From the human T2T-CHM13v2.0 reference genome, Homo sapiens: 64,000 nt of DNA. The notes beneath the pieces were generated by a model. The model was not told where the DNA came from. It ran no database searches and saw only the letters and a program-made list of their open reading frames with translations. Location of the stretch: NCBI RefSeq assembly GCF_009914755.1, contig NC_060934.1. One strand, given 5' to 3'. Below, piece by piece: positions 39,963 to 64,000 of this stretch. Made by a program: the position numbers and the translations under genes. Position 1 is the first letter of the stretch, and each line of letters starts with the position of its first letter.

Positions 39963-40256
39963 GGTCAGGCACAGGGGTTCATGCCTGTAATCCCAACATT
40001 TTGGGAAGCTGAGGTGGGAGGATCACTTGAGCCCAAGAGTTCAAGACCAGCCTGGGCAATACAGGGAGACACTGTCTCTACAAAAAATTTAAACATTAGC
40101 TGGGCATGGTGACATGCACCTGTAGTCCCCACTATTTGGGAGGCTGAGGCTTGAACCCAGGAGGTCAAAGCTGCAGTGAGCCATGTTTATACTGCTGGGC
40201 TCCAGCCTGGGCAACAGAGCGAGAACAGGTCTCAAAAAATGAAAAAGAAAAAAAAA
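39963..40256 (+). mobile_element. AluJ in a P4HA1 intron
   Basis: Full dimer with AluJ-type ggatcacttgagccc. TSD-like aaaaatgtaatt. Confidence 0.88.
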
Positions 40257-40344
40257 TGTAATTCATTAATTAGACCATGAATACAAGTGCATCTCTTCCT
40301 TAGGGAAAAAATTAATAAACCAAAAACAAAACAAACAGGCTTAC

Positions 40345-40413
40345 TTTTTTGGGCCAAACACTAGCTCCAACTTCAGGAAAAACAGTGGCTCCTCCTGCAG
40401 ACACATCACTCAT
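40345..40413 (-). CDS. P4HA1: P4HA1 coding exon (69 nt), MSDVSAGGATVFPEVGASVWPKK
   Basis: cttatag|ATGAGT...AAAAAA|gtaagc. Contains the GGATVFP motif of prolyl 4-hydroxylases. Confidence 0.97.
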
Positions 40414-42508
40414 CTATAAGAAACAAGAGGGTGTTATCAAAAGTGCTGGTAGAATAAAGTAAAACATGCCATTATATAGACTTGATATTGGATACTAGAA
40501 TATTGGGAACATATGGACTTGTTCTTATATAGCATGGTTGGTACATGCTACTCAGTTTTTCAAAAATAAAATGCCATTTAGGTTTATATACATAAGTAAA
40601 AAAACTACAAAAAGCAAAGGAATGAATAACAAAAAACTATCAGGATGGAAGACTGGGGATATAATTTGAGATAGGAACTTATTTATAGCCAGAGGGAAAA
40701 AGTAATGACTTAAAACTAATGAGTCAATACACAGATATAAATATGTATTTTATTGTATTAGAATGTAATCTCCATGGAGGCAGGAATTTTCATCTGTTTT
40801 GTTCATTGCTGATCATTAATGTCTAGAACAATAGTACCTCAAGAACAGTAGGTGCTCAAGAAATATTTAAATAAATGTAAAATAAAAATACTCAGTTTTG
40901 CCATTTCTCATGGAAGGGAATCAAACATATTAAATAAAAGTGAGAAAGTTAAAGGATTATATAAAGTTATAGTCATAAAGATAACCTAGAATAAAAATGG
41001 AAACCTTTTAAATTAACCAAAGAATCACAAAAAACAAGGCAAAGGAAACATGGATCATAAAGATTTTTTTAAAGCAACATAAGTAGAATGTATAGACTGA
41101 TTAGATCACAGAGCAAAACCCAGCTACATATTATATCAGAGCTGCATCTAAAACAAGTGACTTACAAACACAGAACACAAAAATGTAAGATTTTGGGCAA
41201 ATGCTATCCAAGGAAAACAGGATATGATCTTAGTATGAGATACAGTTTAAATCAAGGTAAAAAGCATTAAATGAGATAGAAGGTATTTTACAATGATAAA
41301 TACATAACTAATAGTAAAGAACTAAGAACACTTAACCAATGAAAAAATTAAACTCTGAGGAAATTAAAAAGTTGTGCATGAGAGGAAAAGTAATTTGAGA
41401 TATTCTATGTGCCCCTCTGGGAATGGTATTTAAATAACGGAAAAAATGATAATCAATTAAAATGCTATACAACTATTTTAGAAAAACAGGAAGGGTGTTT
41501 ACATTAAGAGGGAGAAACAGATAGTGGGCCAAATAATACAGCATCAATATTCATAAAACAAAGAAATATAAGCAGAACCAGGAACACATAAACACTAATG
41601 GCTTTTAAACATCTGAAAAGATGCTCAACCTCTCTAATAAGAGAAATGCAAATTAAAGCCACAATAACTGCTAATTTAATAAGTGAAATATACATAGATC
41701 AAAAAGTCTGACAAACATACTTCACAAACATATCCCACTTAAAATTGGGATATAAACTGGTACAACCTCTAAGACTCACCTCTAGAAAATATGCAAGCCT
41801 TTGCAGCATGAATTTGTATACCGTACTAACCCTCTCCTGGTTTTCCCTTTGTGGTATTTCTCTTTTTTTATATGAATCTTTGTAATGTACCTTACCTCCT
41901 TTTGGAAACAAGATGGAGTTGTGAGAGAAATACAAATTGGGAATTGGGGAGAAAAGGAGGCATACGGAGAGGAAGGAGATAGGGAAGAAGGGAAAGAAAA
42001 CAAACAGGGAAGGTAGCAGGAAGAGAAAAAGGAAATAGACTGAACAGACAGATTTTGGTAGGGAGTGAGATACTACAGACAACAAAAAGATGTAATTCAA
42101 ATAGGGCTAAGGAATGGAAAAAGTGATGAAATAACCAAAATTAAGTCTACATATAAAATATATATATTTTTTTTATTTTTATTTTTTGAGATGGAGCCAC
42201 GCTCCGTTATCCAGGCTGGAGAGTGCAGTGGCGCGATCTCGGCTCACTGCAACCTCTGCCTCCCAGGTTCAAGTGATTCTCGTGCCTCAGCCTCCTGAGT
42301 AGCTGGTACTACAGGTGTGTGCCACCACACCCAGCTAATTTTTGTATTTATAGTGGAGAAGGGGTTTCACCACGTTGGCCAGGCTGGTCTCGAACTCCTG
42401 ACCTCAAGTGATCTGCCCGCCTCGGCCTCTCAAAGTGTTGGGATTACAGGCGTGTGTCACTGTGCCTGGCCTAAAATATCTTTTTTAAGTTAACAAAGGT
42501 TATGACAT

Positions 42509-43016
42509 TATGGCAGATTGCATTTTCCAAATATAATACATCCCAATATGTCCCATCCTACATGCTCTTTTTATGTGACGCTGACATTCGTCTGCAGTGG
42601 TAGGGTCTGTGTGCCCTCTCCTTGAAGCTGGGCAGACCTTTGTAATTGCTGTAACAGAATACAGCAAAATTAACATCTGTGACTTCTGAGGGTAGGTCAT
42701 AACAATACCATGTACTTTTGCATTGTTCTTTTGGGATGCTTCCTCTTGCAATCCAGTCACTATGCTGTGAAGAAGCTCAGCCACATGTATTGGCCAGACT
42801 TTAGGCATTCTGGCTGACAGCCAGCCTCAACCTTAGCCTTCAAGATACCCCAGTGCCAGGCATTTGACGGCAAATACATGTCAGATTTGGAGCAGGAACC
42901 ATGAGTTGAGCCCAGTCAACCTCATAACTGTTAGAGATACATTAAGAAAATCGTTGTTATTTTAAACCACTCAGAAAGGAGAGTTTTGGAGTGCTTTATT
43001 TGGGGTAACTAGAACA
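42509..43016. mobile_element. MaLR LTR (MLT1-like)
   Basis: Motifs ccttgaagctgggcag, gtgacttctgagggtaggtcata, gagcccagtcaacc and gtaactagaaca. Confidence 0.6.
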
Positions 43017-43599
43017 AACACTACAATCAAAACTTTTTTCCATATATAAAAATATATAAACAATTTTAAAAATTGAATTATGATCATACTGTTTTAAAAC
43101 TCTGAGATAGGGTTTCTGGGGGTTGTAATATGCTATTTCTTCATCTTAGTACTGAATACACCAGAAGTGTTCACTTTGTGAAAATTAAGTTATAATACTT
43201 AATTTGCGCACTCTTCTGATATACTTCAATAAAAAAATGTAATTCAGAAGTTTACTGAAATAATGTGTATGTGTATGTATAGAAATTCAAATATATAGAG
43301 ATTTTTATATACACATATTATATATTACTAAACAGAGAGACTATATGTTAAAATATTAATGATTATCTGCAGGTAGTGGCACTATAAATTCTAAGTTTGT
43401 CCAGAAGTTTCTATAATGAACATCTATCTTATAGCCTGAAAAAGTTGCAAGTGCAAAATAATTCTTAACTCACTTTATTCAGTTGTAAAAATGTTAAACT
43501 AGGATGCTGAATCAGAGCTACACAGAACAAACTTAAAACATTAAAATGAATCTTGTCATCAAATCCCAACTTAATCTAAAAATTTTAGTGACGACTTAC

Positions 43600-43665
43600 A
43601 TAAAACAGCCATGTAGCAATTCTATTTCCTGTCCCCAGCTCTTTGAAAGCATCTGGCTCATCTTT
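43600..43665 (-). CDS. P4HA1: P4HA1 coding exon (66 nt), KDEPDAFKELGTGNRIATWLFY
   Basis: ttcacag|AAAGAT...TTTTAT|gtaagt, read by hand and in frame with its neighbours. Confidence 0.97.
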
Positions 43666-44162
43666 CTGTGAATAAAAACACAGTAAATTCAATGGTGTAA
43701 AAATTCAGTAATACAAATACTCTAGTGGCAACTAAACATCAGTAGTAATATCCTGAAGAATATGCCAACAACAACCGCAAAAGTTTCCCTTGTAATGTCC
43801 AGTGCACTATAAACATCAGGCAATCTTTTTGTAAGATGGAGTCTTGCTATGTGGACCAGGGTGATCTTGAACTCCTGGCCTCAAGCGATCCTCCTGCCTT
43901 AGCCTCCCAAAATGCTAGGATCACAGGTGTGAGCCACTGTACCTGGCCTCAAATACGTGATGACTGAACTTGTATACTGGATACTTTAGACAAGATTACT
44001 GGATAAAAAGCAGACTTATTAGCCTAAACGACAGCCATTATCTGCAAGCTACATATTATTTTAAAAACAAATACCCACAATTTTAGCTTCTAAAAAATAT
44101 GACTTGACAGCCATCTCTTAGCTATACTCCTGAAGCTTAATTTACCTTGAGACTTACTTTGA

Positions 44163-44522
<360 letters not shown>

Positions 44523-44763
44523 TAATAATGCTAGTAAAGTGACTTTCAGCACTATAATCAAGCTAAAGAATTAATATCTAAATATTTATATCTAAATTAA
44601 AATACAATACAACCTCTTGGCATTTCTCCCAGAAAAATGAAAATGCATTTTTCACATAGAAATGTAAACACATCTTTATTTGTAATAGCCAAAAACTAAA
44701 AACTATCCAAATGTCCTTCGATGGGTGAATGGCTAAACTGTGGTATATCCGTAACATGGAATA

Positions 44764-44855
44764 CAGGTTGAGCATACCAAAAGTCCAAAATGCAAAATGC
44801 TCTGAAGTTCAAAACTTTTAGTGCTAACATGACACAAGTGGAAAATTCCATACAT
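44764..44855. mobile_element. Tigger4/MER46-like fragment
   Basis: ta|caggttgagcat...aaatgctc...aaactttt...gtggaaaattcca. Confidence 0.55.
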
Positions 44856-45365
44856 AGTACTCCCTGAAGTAGCTCCCCTATCATACACACTATGCCCCAG
44901 CCAGGATGGAAACAGACAGTTCCCCATAAGGCTCCTGTATCACAAGAGATTTATTTTCAAACCCATTCTTTCTTTACTGAAGGTGTAATCCTTGTGGAGA
45001 TTTAGAGTTTATGCCAGGGTCTCAAATTCAGCAGCCTACACTGTGGCAGATCCTCCTCTTACAGAGCTGTTATTCCCAAAGCTCTAGTTCCTGGAGGCAC
45101 ATACCTCCAGCCTCTGTGTTTTGTCCCCTCTTTAATTCTCTAAGTTTGGGATCATTGTTCAGTTTGCCTTTTGGAACACCCTTTACTTTCTTCCAGGCTT
45201 GCCAATGCATTTAAAGTATCTTAAGTGATTTTATTGGGTATCTAGGTGTTTGGTTTTTTTTTTTTAACTGGTAAAAAGGTTTCACAGAATATCTGCCACA
45301 CCGTATTTCCATAAATTCCAAATAGGCTATGAATTTTTAATGTTAAAATAACAGAATTAACATGT

Positions 45366-46217
<852 letters not shown>

Positions 46218-46221
46218 TTAC

Positions 46222-46275
46222 CCGTGCAAAGTCAAAATGGGGTTCATACTGTCCTCCAACTCCATAATTTGCTAC
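46222..46275 (-). CDS. P4HA1: P4HA1 coding exon (54 nt), VANYGVGGQYEPHFDFAR, with the Fe-binding His-x-Asp
   Basis: ccttcag|GTAGCA...GCACGG|gtaagt, phase 0-0. The peptide is visible inside ORF 46111..46446. Confidence 0.97.
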
Positions 46276-46456
46276 CTGAAGGAAAGACACAAAGCATGAA
46301 AGAAAAGAACTATAAAGATTACTATTCAAAAAAAATCTATGAACCTCATTTTTTGGACTTTTATAGATCATGGTCAGGTATTTACAGAGAAATGAAAAAT
46401 ATTTAAAATCAACAAGAGTTCCTATGAAAACAGGGATGAAAAACAAAGGACAGCTA

Positions 46457-46707
46457 CTATATATCTATGTACAGATCTATATCTACAGATGTATATATAG
46501 ATATCTATATCTACAGATGTATATATAGATATCTATATCTACAGATGTATATATAGATATCTATATCTACAGATGTATATATAGATATCTATATCTACAG
46601 ATGTATATATAGATATCTATATCTACAGATGTATATATAGATATCTATATCTCTATACAGATCTACATATATAGATATCTATATATATAGATCTATATCT
46701 ACATATG
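46457..46707. repeat. AT-rich 28-bp minisatellite (atctatatctacagatgtatatatagat), ~6 perfect units plus degenerate ends
   Basis: Read directly. The perfect units span about 46475-46652. Confidence 0.95.
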
Positions 46708-46728
46708 TACCCCTCCCCACCCCCCACC

Positions 46729-46865
46729 AGAGACAGGCTGGAGTGCAGTGATGCAATCAGAGCACACTGCAGCCTCAACCTTTGGGGCACAAGTGATCCT
46801 CCCACTTCAGCCTCCTGAGTAGCTGGGACTACAGGTGCATGCTACCACACCCAGCTAATTTTTAA
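46729..46865 (-). mobile_element. Alu right-arm fragment (AluJ-like)
   Basis: caggctggagtgcagtg...gagtagctgggactacagg...cccagctaattttt. Confidence 0.85.
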
Positions 46866-47299
46866 AAATTTAATACATAAGCTAAAATTTGAGATTTCTA
46901 TTATTTTGTTTCACTAAACACTTTCCTTTGGAACTTAAATCAAAAAATGTTTTCCAAAGCCCCAAATGCTGAACTCGCAATCCACTTTAATAAAATATCT
47001 TTTCTTACATATTTTTTCCCTGCTAAAAAAGGAAAGAAATTAACACCAATTTAATTATTCCTGTCGAAGGGCCCTAACAACTTCAGTTGCTTACGACAAT
47101 GTCCCAGTGTGACGCACCAAAATTTAAGAAAAATATTTGGTCTGAGTTCAAGTTCCAGCTCTCTTAATTACAATGTAACTTTGGATATCATCTCAGTTTT
47201 CTTATTTGTTAAAGTGAAGAGAATGATACTTAACTCTTTCCCTCAATCACACAACACAATAAAATGCTGACAAAATCAAAGGAGAACATAATTAAGAGT

Positions 47300-56990
<9,691 letters not shown>

Positions 56991-57290
56991 GGGAAGGAAG
57001 GAAGGAAAGAAGGGAGTCAGGGAGGGGGAGGGGGGAGGGAGAGAGGAAGGAAGGAAGTAAAGAAATAAAGAGGGTGGGAGGGAGGAAGAGAGAGAAGAAA
57101 GAAAGGAAAGGAGGGAAGGATGGATGCAGGGAGGGAGGGAAGGGAAGGAAGGAAGGAAGGAAGCAAGCAAACATGGAAGGAAGGAAATATGGAAGGAAGG
57201 AAGGGAGAGAGAGAGGAAGGAAGGGAGGGAGAGAGGAGGGGAGGGAGGGAGAGAGGGAGGGAGGGAGGGACAGAGGGAGGGAGGGAAGAA
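56991..57290. repeat. Polypurine (GGAA/GGAG) low-complexity tract
   Basis: About 300 bp, almost all G and A, directly after the tail of L1 copy 2. Confidence 0.95.
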
Positions 57291-57687
57291 TCAGAAATCA
57301 TAGCCAGTGAAACCCAGGAAAACCATTAGGCAGGAATCAGGACGATACCTTATTCAGGTTTGCATTCCCAACATTTAGCACCACATGTATCAAAAATGTT
57401 GTTGGATGAATACTGAACAACAGTCAAACACTGAATAAACCTGGCAGGTGTGCATCACAGGGGAGGGCACAGTGTTACTGGACTCTGAGTGGGTTGCTGT
57501 TTTTCATGCCAAGTCATGATAGGATTCAGTGTGTTGGGTGAACACAGTTTTATGAATCTCACTTTTAAAAAACTGCAAGCGTTATAAATAAAAGCTTTCA
57601 TAATTTTGAGATAGGAAAAAAAAACAGAAGAAAAGACCACGTGTTCTGACAAAGACGGAGTAGGATGGCATCAAACCGTGTCACTGT

Positions 57688-57690
<3 letters not shown>

Positions 57691-57731
<41 letters not shown>
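57691..57731. repeat. (CA)n microsatellite
   Basis: About 20 AC units. Confidence 0.95.
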
Positions 57732-57735
<4 letters not shown>

Positions 57736-57804
57736 ACATTTTTAAAACTTAATTAGAAAAAGGGAATTAACTGTCTTTAAGAATACATTTTGGTCTTCTG
57801 ATAA

Positions 57805-58822
<1,018 letters not shown>

Positions 58823-59655
58823 TTGCAACCAGAAAGGCTAAAATAAAGGCATTGGTTTTTTTAGTGCACATTTTGATAACTTCAAAAAAAAAATCTAATA
58901 CAGAAAAGGGAACTCAAATATTTTAAAAAGTATTTTTCTACAGGAAAAGACTAAGGAATAGTAAATAACGCTGACAAAGGGGAAGACTAAGCTGTTTCTT
59001 TTCTCTGGTTTATAGGCCTATGCTTAGTTTTTTTTTTTTACTATTGAAACCAAGTGAGATTATTATACATGGATTTTATGTTTATTCCCTATAACTAACA
59101 TTCCTATATATACCTGTTTACTACAGATATTTTGAGTCAAGTTGTGATTATGACGGAGTGAAGAAGAATTATTTTGGGACAGCTACTTTTGATGACAAAT
59201 GATTTATAGACATAAAAGTAACAGAAAAAGAGAAGTGATGAAAAAAGTCCTATGTTTCACTATTACAAATAAAGGAAAACTGTTTGCTTAAAAATAAATA
59301 AATAAAAAGGAAAAAAACCCACTATTTTTTAAAACCCACCCTGGCCACTTGACAGGCAAAGTGAGGCCTGGGGGATAGAAAAAAAATTACAGTGTACTTA
59401 GTAAGTATTAGTGATCTATATTTTTCATTTCCCTAGATAAGAGTTTTCATGTTTTGACAAGAAATTTAAAAGTCACAGAACAATCACAATTTTTCCCATT
59501 ATTAAAATCACTTTGCATGGTTGCAGCTTACAGGGTCACTTTTTAAGGTCCCAAACTATCATGCAAATTGAGGACTGCCTGTTCAGTGTCAGGAAATCTC
59601 CTCTCAAGCATCTCCTGAAGTGTAAAAATGACTTAAGGATAATGTGATTACCTAC

Positions 59656-59755
59656 CTGTAATTCCTCTGCTGTGGAAACATCTAGTCCTGTTAGATCTTG
59701 TATTCTCATATTAATTCGAGACACCACAGGATTTTCATAGCCAGAGAGCCAGGCA
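59656..59755 (-). CDS. P4HA1: P4HA1 coding exon (100 nt), (S)AWLSGYENPVVSRINMRIQDLTGLDVSTAEELQ
   Basis: Minus strand reads ttcttag|TGCCTGG...TTACAG|gtaggt. The translation matches the P4HA1 catalytic domain, and part of it is in ORF 59536..59727. Upstream exons lie beyond the window end. Confidence 0.97.
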
Positions 59756-60704
59756 CTAAGAATAAGAGGAATATTAGTTTTATTGATAATGTTTCATTAC
59801 ATGGAGACTAATAGCTGTTATTTTTAAAGCCATAATATTTAATATATAGGACAATAAACCTTTACTGAAGGCATTTAGTTCATTTTCTTGCTTAGTATCA
59901 TCTTTATTAATGGATATTGTAATTTTTTTTAAATGTCACATTCTACTGTTAGAGGTTGGGAAGGAAAAAACTAATCAAATTTATTATAATGCTTATATGA
60001 AAACAGTTGGATTAATGTAAGGAGGCTATATTGAAAGCCACCTACATTGAGAACTTCAAAAAATTCTTTAAAAAACCATACCAAACAAAACAACGTTCTT
60101 TCCAGGTAAGGTATAGGAACTGACTATGGTGGAAGTCATGGGGTCTTTAGTCTGAGCTACATAATGCTAATATTTTATAAGAAAAAAATTCTGCTTACTG
60201 CTTAAGTTTTGAAAAGTTACCCAAACACACCTACTGAAGGATGGACAATAACAGGTGTTGGTAAGGATGTGAAGAAACTGGAGCCCTCATACATTGCTAA
60301 TGGGAATGTAAAAGGGGCAGCCACTTTGGAAAACAGTTTGGTAGTTGCTCAAAATGCTAAACACAGTTATCAAATGACCCAGCAATTTACTTCTAGGTAT
60401 ATATCCAAGAGAAATTAAATCTTATGTCCATACAATAACTTGTACAGAATTTTTTATGGCATCATTACATATAATAGCCAAAAAGTAGAAACTACCCAAA
60501 TATCCATCAATTTATCAATGGATACATAAAACGTGATAGATCTATAAACTGGAATATTATTGTGTCACAAAAAGGAATAAAGTACTGGCCAGGCACAGTG
60601 GCTCATGCCTGTAATCCCAGCACTTTGGGAGGCTGAGGTGGAAAGGTCTCTTGAGGCCAGGAGTTTGAGACCAGCCTGGGCAATACAGTGAGACCCCAAC
60701 TCTA

Positions 60705-60908
<204 letters not shown>

Positions 60909-63900
60909 TCAAAGAAGCCAGATACAAAGGCCACATGTTATATAATGCCACTTCTATGAAATATACAGAATAGACAAATCAATAGATAATAGAAAATAGA
61001 TTAGTGGTTGCCAGGGGATGGGGATGGGGCTGGGGGGAATGGGAAATGACTCCTAATGGGTACAGGATTTTTTTTGAGTGACAAAAATGTTCTGGAACTA
61101 GACATTGGTTATAGTTGCACAAGGCTAAAAACCACTGAAATGCATACTTTAAAAGCGTGAATTTTATGATACGGGAACTATATCTCAATTTTAAATGGTA
61201 CTCCCAAATTCAGCTATATCCCTTTTTCACATATGCTTTTAAGCAGTCAATCAGTCCTTCGCTTTCTTCACTTCTCCTCTCACTGAGCTTTGATTCCATA
61301 GTTCATCATTTTAACATTCTTTCTAAACGCCTAAACTCAACTGTCTGGCAAAAACAATCCTGGATCAATCTCTTTTATCTAAGCGTATATCTCTGTCACC
61401 AAACCCTACTGGAGAAAGTCATGAAATAGGGCAGATATGTTCCACTAAAAATTCATGAATACCAACTTCAAATGGGCTCTTCACTTTACTTCCTCTTCCA
61501 CTCTGTACCCTAACTCACTTCAGCCTCTCCCTTCACTCAGTAGATAATGTATTTCCTACTTCATAGAGCAAATAAACGCCTTTACAATTAAAAATGATTT
61601 CCCCAAATCTGTACATCCCTCCAGTTACCAATCTTTCTTTTCCCTCTTCAAGCTAACTTTGTCAGATTCCTAATCTCTGAACCCACTGTAATCTAGCTTT
61701 AGTCACTTATATCACTCCCTCAAAATTGCTCTTGCTAATCTTACCCACAGCCCTATTGTGCTTCTAAATCTAATGACATTTTTCAATTCTCATTGTATTT
61801 GTTCCTTTGGTAACATTTGTGACAATACTCATCCTTTTGGAAACTCTCTCAAACACTCATTCTCCAGGAATTCCTCTAGTATCTCAGGCTGCTTTTTCTT
61901 GGTCTCCTAATTTACAGCCTCCAACACTATATTCTGCCTCCCTCTCAGGACAGCAGCAACATTTCCTCAAGAACGTATTTCCTCTAGGCCTAAGGCTAGT
62001 GCGTATGCTCTTCTCTCTGCCCAGAATATTCTTTTTCACTTTGCAAAATTAAGACTCTGGATATCACCTTAGTTACCACTTCTTTAGAGAAGCTTTCCTT
62101 TACCTCTCCCGCTGCCAGACGAAGCCAAAGCTTCCACAGACAGACAAAGGAAGCGAGCAAGCGTAAGAGAGAGAGCAAGAGAGAGTGTGTGGGTTTTTCT
62201 TTAACAAGAGAAAGACATGGAGAAGAAAGAAGTTTTTACTAATCATTACCAACATGAAACTAACATGACAAACAGGGTGGATTCTTAGATTTATCCTATA
62301 TTACTAAAATTATTTGCTTGGTGATATCTTGCAAATTTTTTGGGACTGGCTGAGTATTACAGAATTCCTCAGTGTAGCAAAAATGGGAAGAATCAAAGTG
62401 TTATTGTTGTAAAGAATATAGCTGATTAAGTATATTAAGAATTTTTTTCTTCTAATTCTGCCCAAGTTCCTGGTAGAACTAATCTGGTATATGTCAATGT
62501 ACCTGTCTTTCCTGCCTAGCACAATTTGATGGATGTCTGAACTTTATAAGCAACCAACCAACTACTGACTTGATTTTTACAGGTAATTGCAATGCTAAAT
62601 TGGAAAGCATTCTAATAAAGCTTCGAACTAAATGCCTCATGAACAAACTGTTCCTATTCCATCCTGGAACCTATCACCCACAGAGAACGTGTCTTCTGAT
62701 ATCTTCAACTTCCCTCCCTGCTACCAACAACTTTTAAATATCTAGTCTTATCTTTTCCTCTTGTACTTTGGTAGAATCATCGTCCTTCAGCCTTATAGAG
62801 GCAGACTTTCTATCTATGCTTTTGATTCTATGCTTTCTAACTCTAGATGCCTTACTCCAGCAGTTATTGCCTCCCTTTTATCTTTAATCTCCTCCTTGTC
62901 AATGCTTGCTTATTGAAGTCTCCTGCTACCAAGAAAAATACCTTCACTTTAGCCATTCTAGCAAATTACCACTCCAGTCTTTCACTTTACTCCTTTAAAA
63001 CTGCAAAAGTAAGAAATGCTTGTTACATTCCACAAATGGTCATGGGACACTGGTTATCTACATGCAAAGAAAGAAGCTGGACCTCTGCTTCACATTATAT
63101 TAAAACGAATTACTCAAGATGGATCAAAGACCTAAATGTAAAAGCTAAAATTATAAAAACTGTGGGAAGAAAACACAGGAGCAAATCTTTGTGACGTTGG
63201 ACGAAGCAATGGTTTAGCTATGACATCAAAAGTACAGGCAACAAAAGGAATAAATAAATGGGACATTATCCAAATAAAAACCTTTTATGCTTCAAAGAAT
63301 AACATCAGGAAAGTTAAACAGGATGGGCACAGTGTCTCAAATCTGTAATCCCAGCACTTTGGGAAGCCAAGGCAGGAAAATCACTTGAGTTCAAGACCAG
63401 TCTCGGCAACCTAGCAAGACCCTGTCTCCACAAAAAAAGTTTAAAAATTAGCCAGGCATGGTAGCGTGTGCCTGTGTAGTCCTAGCTACTCATAAGGCTG
63501 AAGCGGAAGGATTACTTAAGCCCAGGAGTTCAAGGATGCAGGGAGCTACAATCACACCACTGCACTCCAGCCTGGGCCCCAGAATGAGAACCTATCTCTA
63601 AAAAAATAAAAATTTGTGGTAAAATACATGTAACATAAAATTAGCCATTTAGACTATTTTTTAAATTATGGTAAAATATATATAACAGCAATTTTACCAT
63701 TTTAATTAAGTGTACAATTCACTGGTGTTAAGTACATTTACAATACCTTACAACCATCAGCACTATCCATTTCCAGAACTTTTTCATCAAAACCAAACAG
63801 AAAACTGTACCCACTGAACAACAACTCCCATCTCTCCCTCCTCACAACCCCTGGTAATCCTCTATTCTACGTTCTGTCTGTATGGATTTGCCTATTCTAG

Positions 63901-64000
63901 GTATCTCCTGTAAGAAGAATCATATAATATTTGTCAATTCTAGCTTATTTCACTTAACATGTGTGTGTGGTTTTTTTTTTTTTTTTTGGAGACAGGGTCT

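Noticed and set aside
46457-46707. CRISPR-like or other prokaryotic array
   Set aside because: The units are contiguous with no unique spacers, in a eukaryotic intron.

Overview
Primate (human-like) genomic DNA, dominated by repeats. The only protein-coding content is the 3' end of P4HA1 (prolyl 4-hydroxylase alpha-1) on the minus strand. It comprises six GT-AG coding exons (59755-59656, 46275-46222, 43665-43600, 40413-40345, 39279-39183, 37668-37598), which splice in frame to the C-terminal catalytic domain ending RRPCTLSELE*, plus about 1 kb of 3' UTR. Just downstream lies a processed RPL17 pseudogene. The rest is nested L1M and L1PA LINEs, many Alus, solo LTRs, DNA-transposon fossils and simple repeats. 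Nearly all ORFs in the track are Alu or L1 artefacts. I see no new gene system. The most unusual signals are DNA-repair and retroposition scars. (1) A ~210-bp copy of the P4HA1 3' UTR is inserted into the RPL17 pseudogene through a fold-back junction. (2) Two L1PA copies 31.6 kb apart share inactivating mutations and a 320-bp perfect-identity tract, and they bracket the last five P4HA1 exons. (3) A 5' tRNA-Ile(AAT) half is retroposed with a TSD. (4) An Alu with an inverted A-tail lies about 50 nt from the exon carrying the catalytic His-x-Asp. Repeat subfamily names are from memory of consensus sequences and repeat boundaries are approximate.
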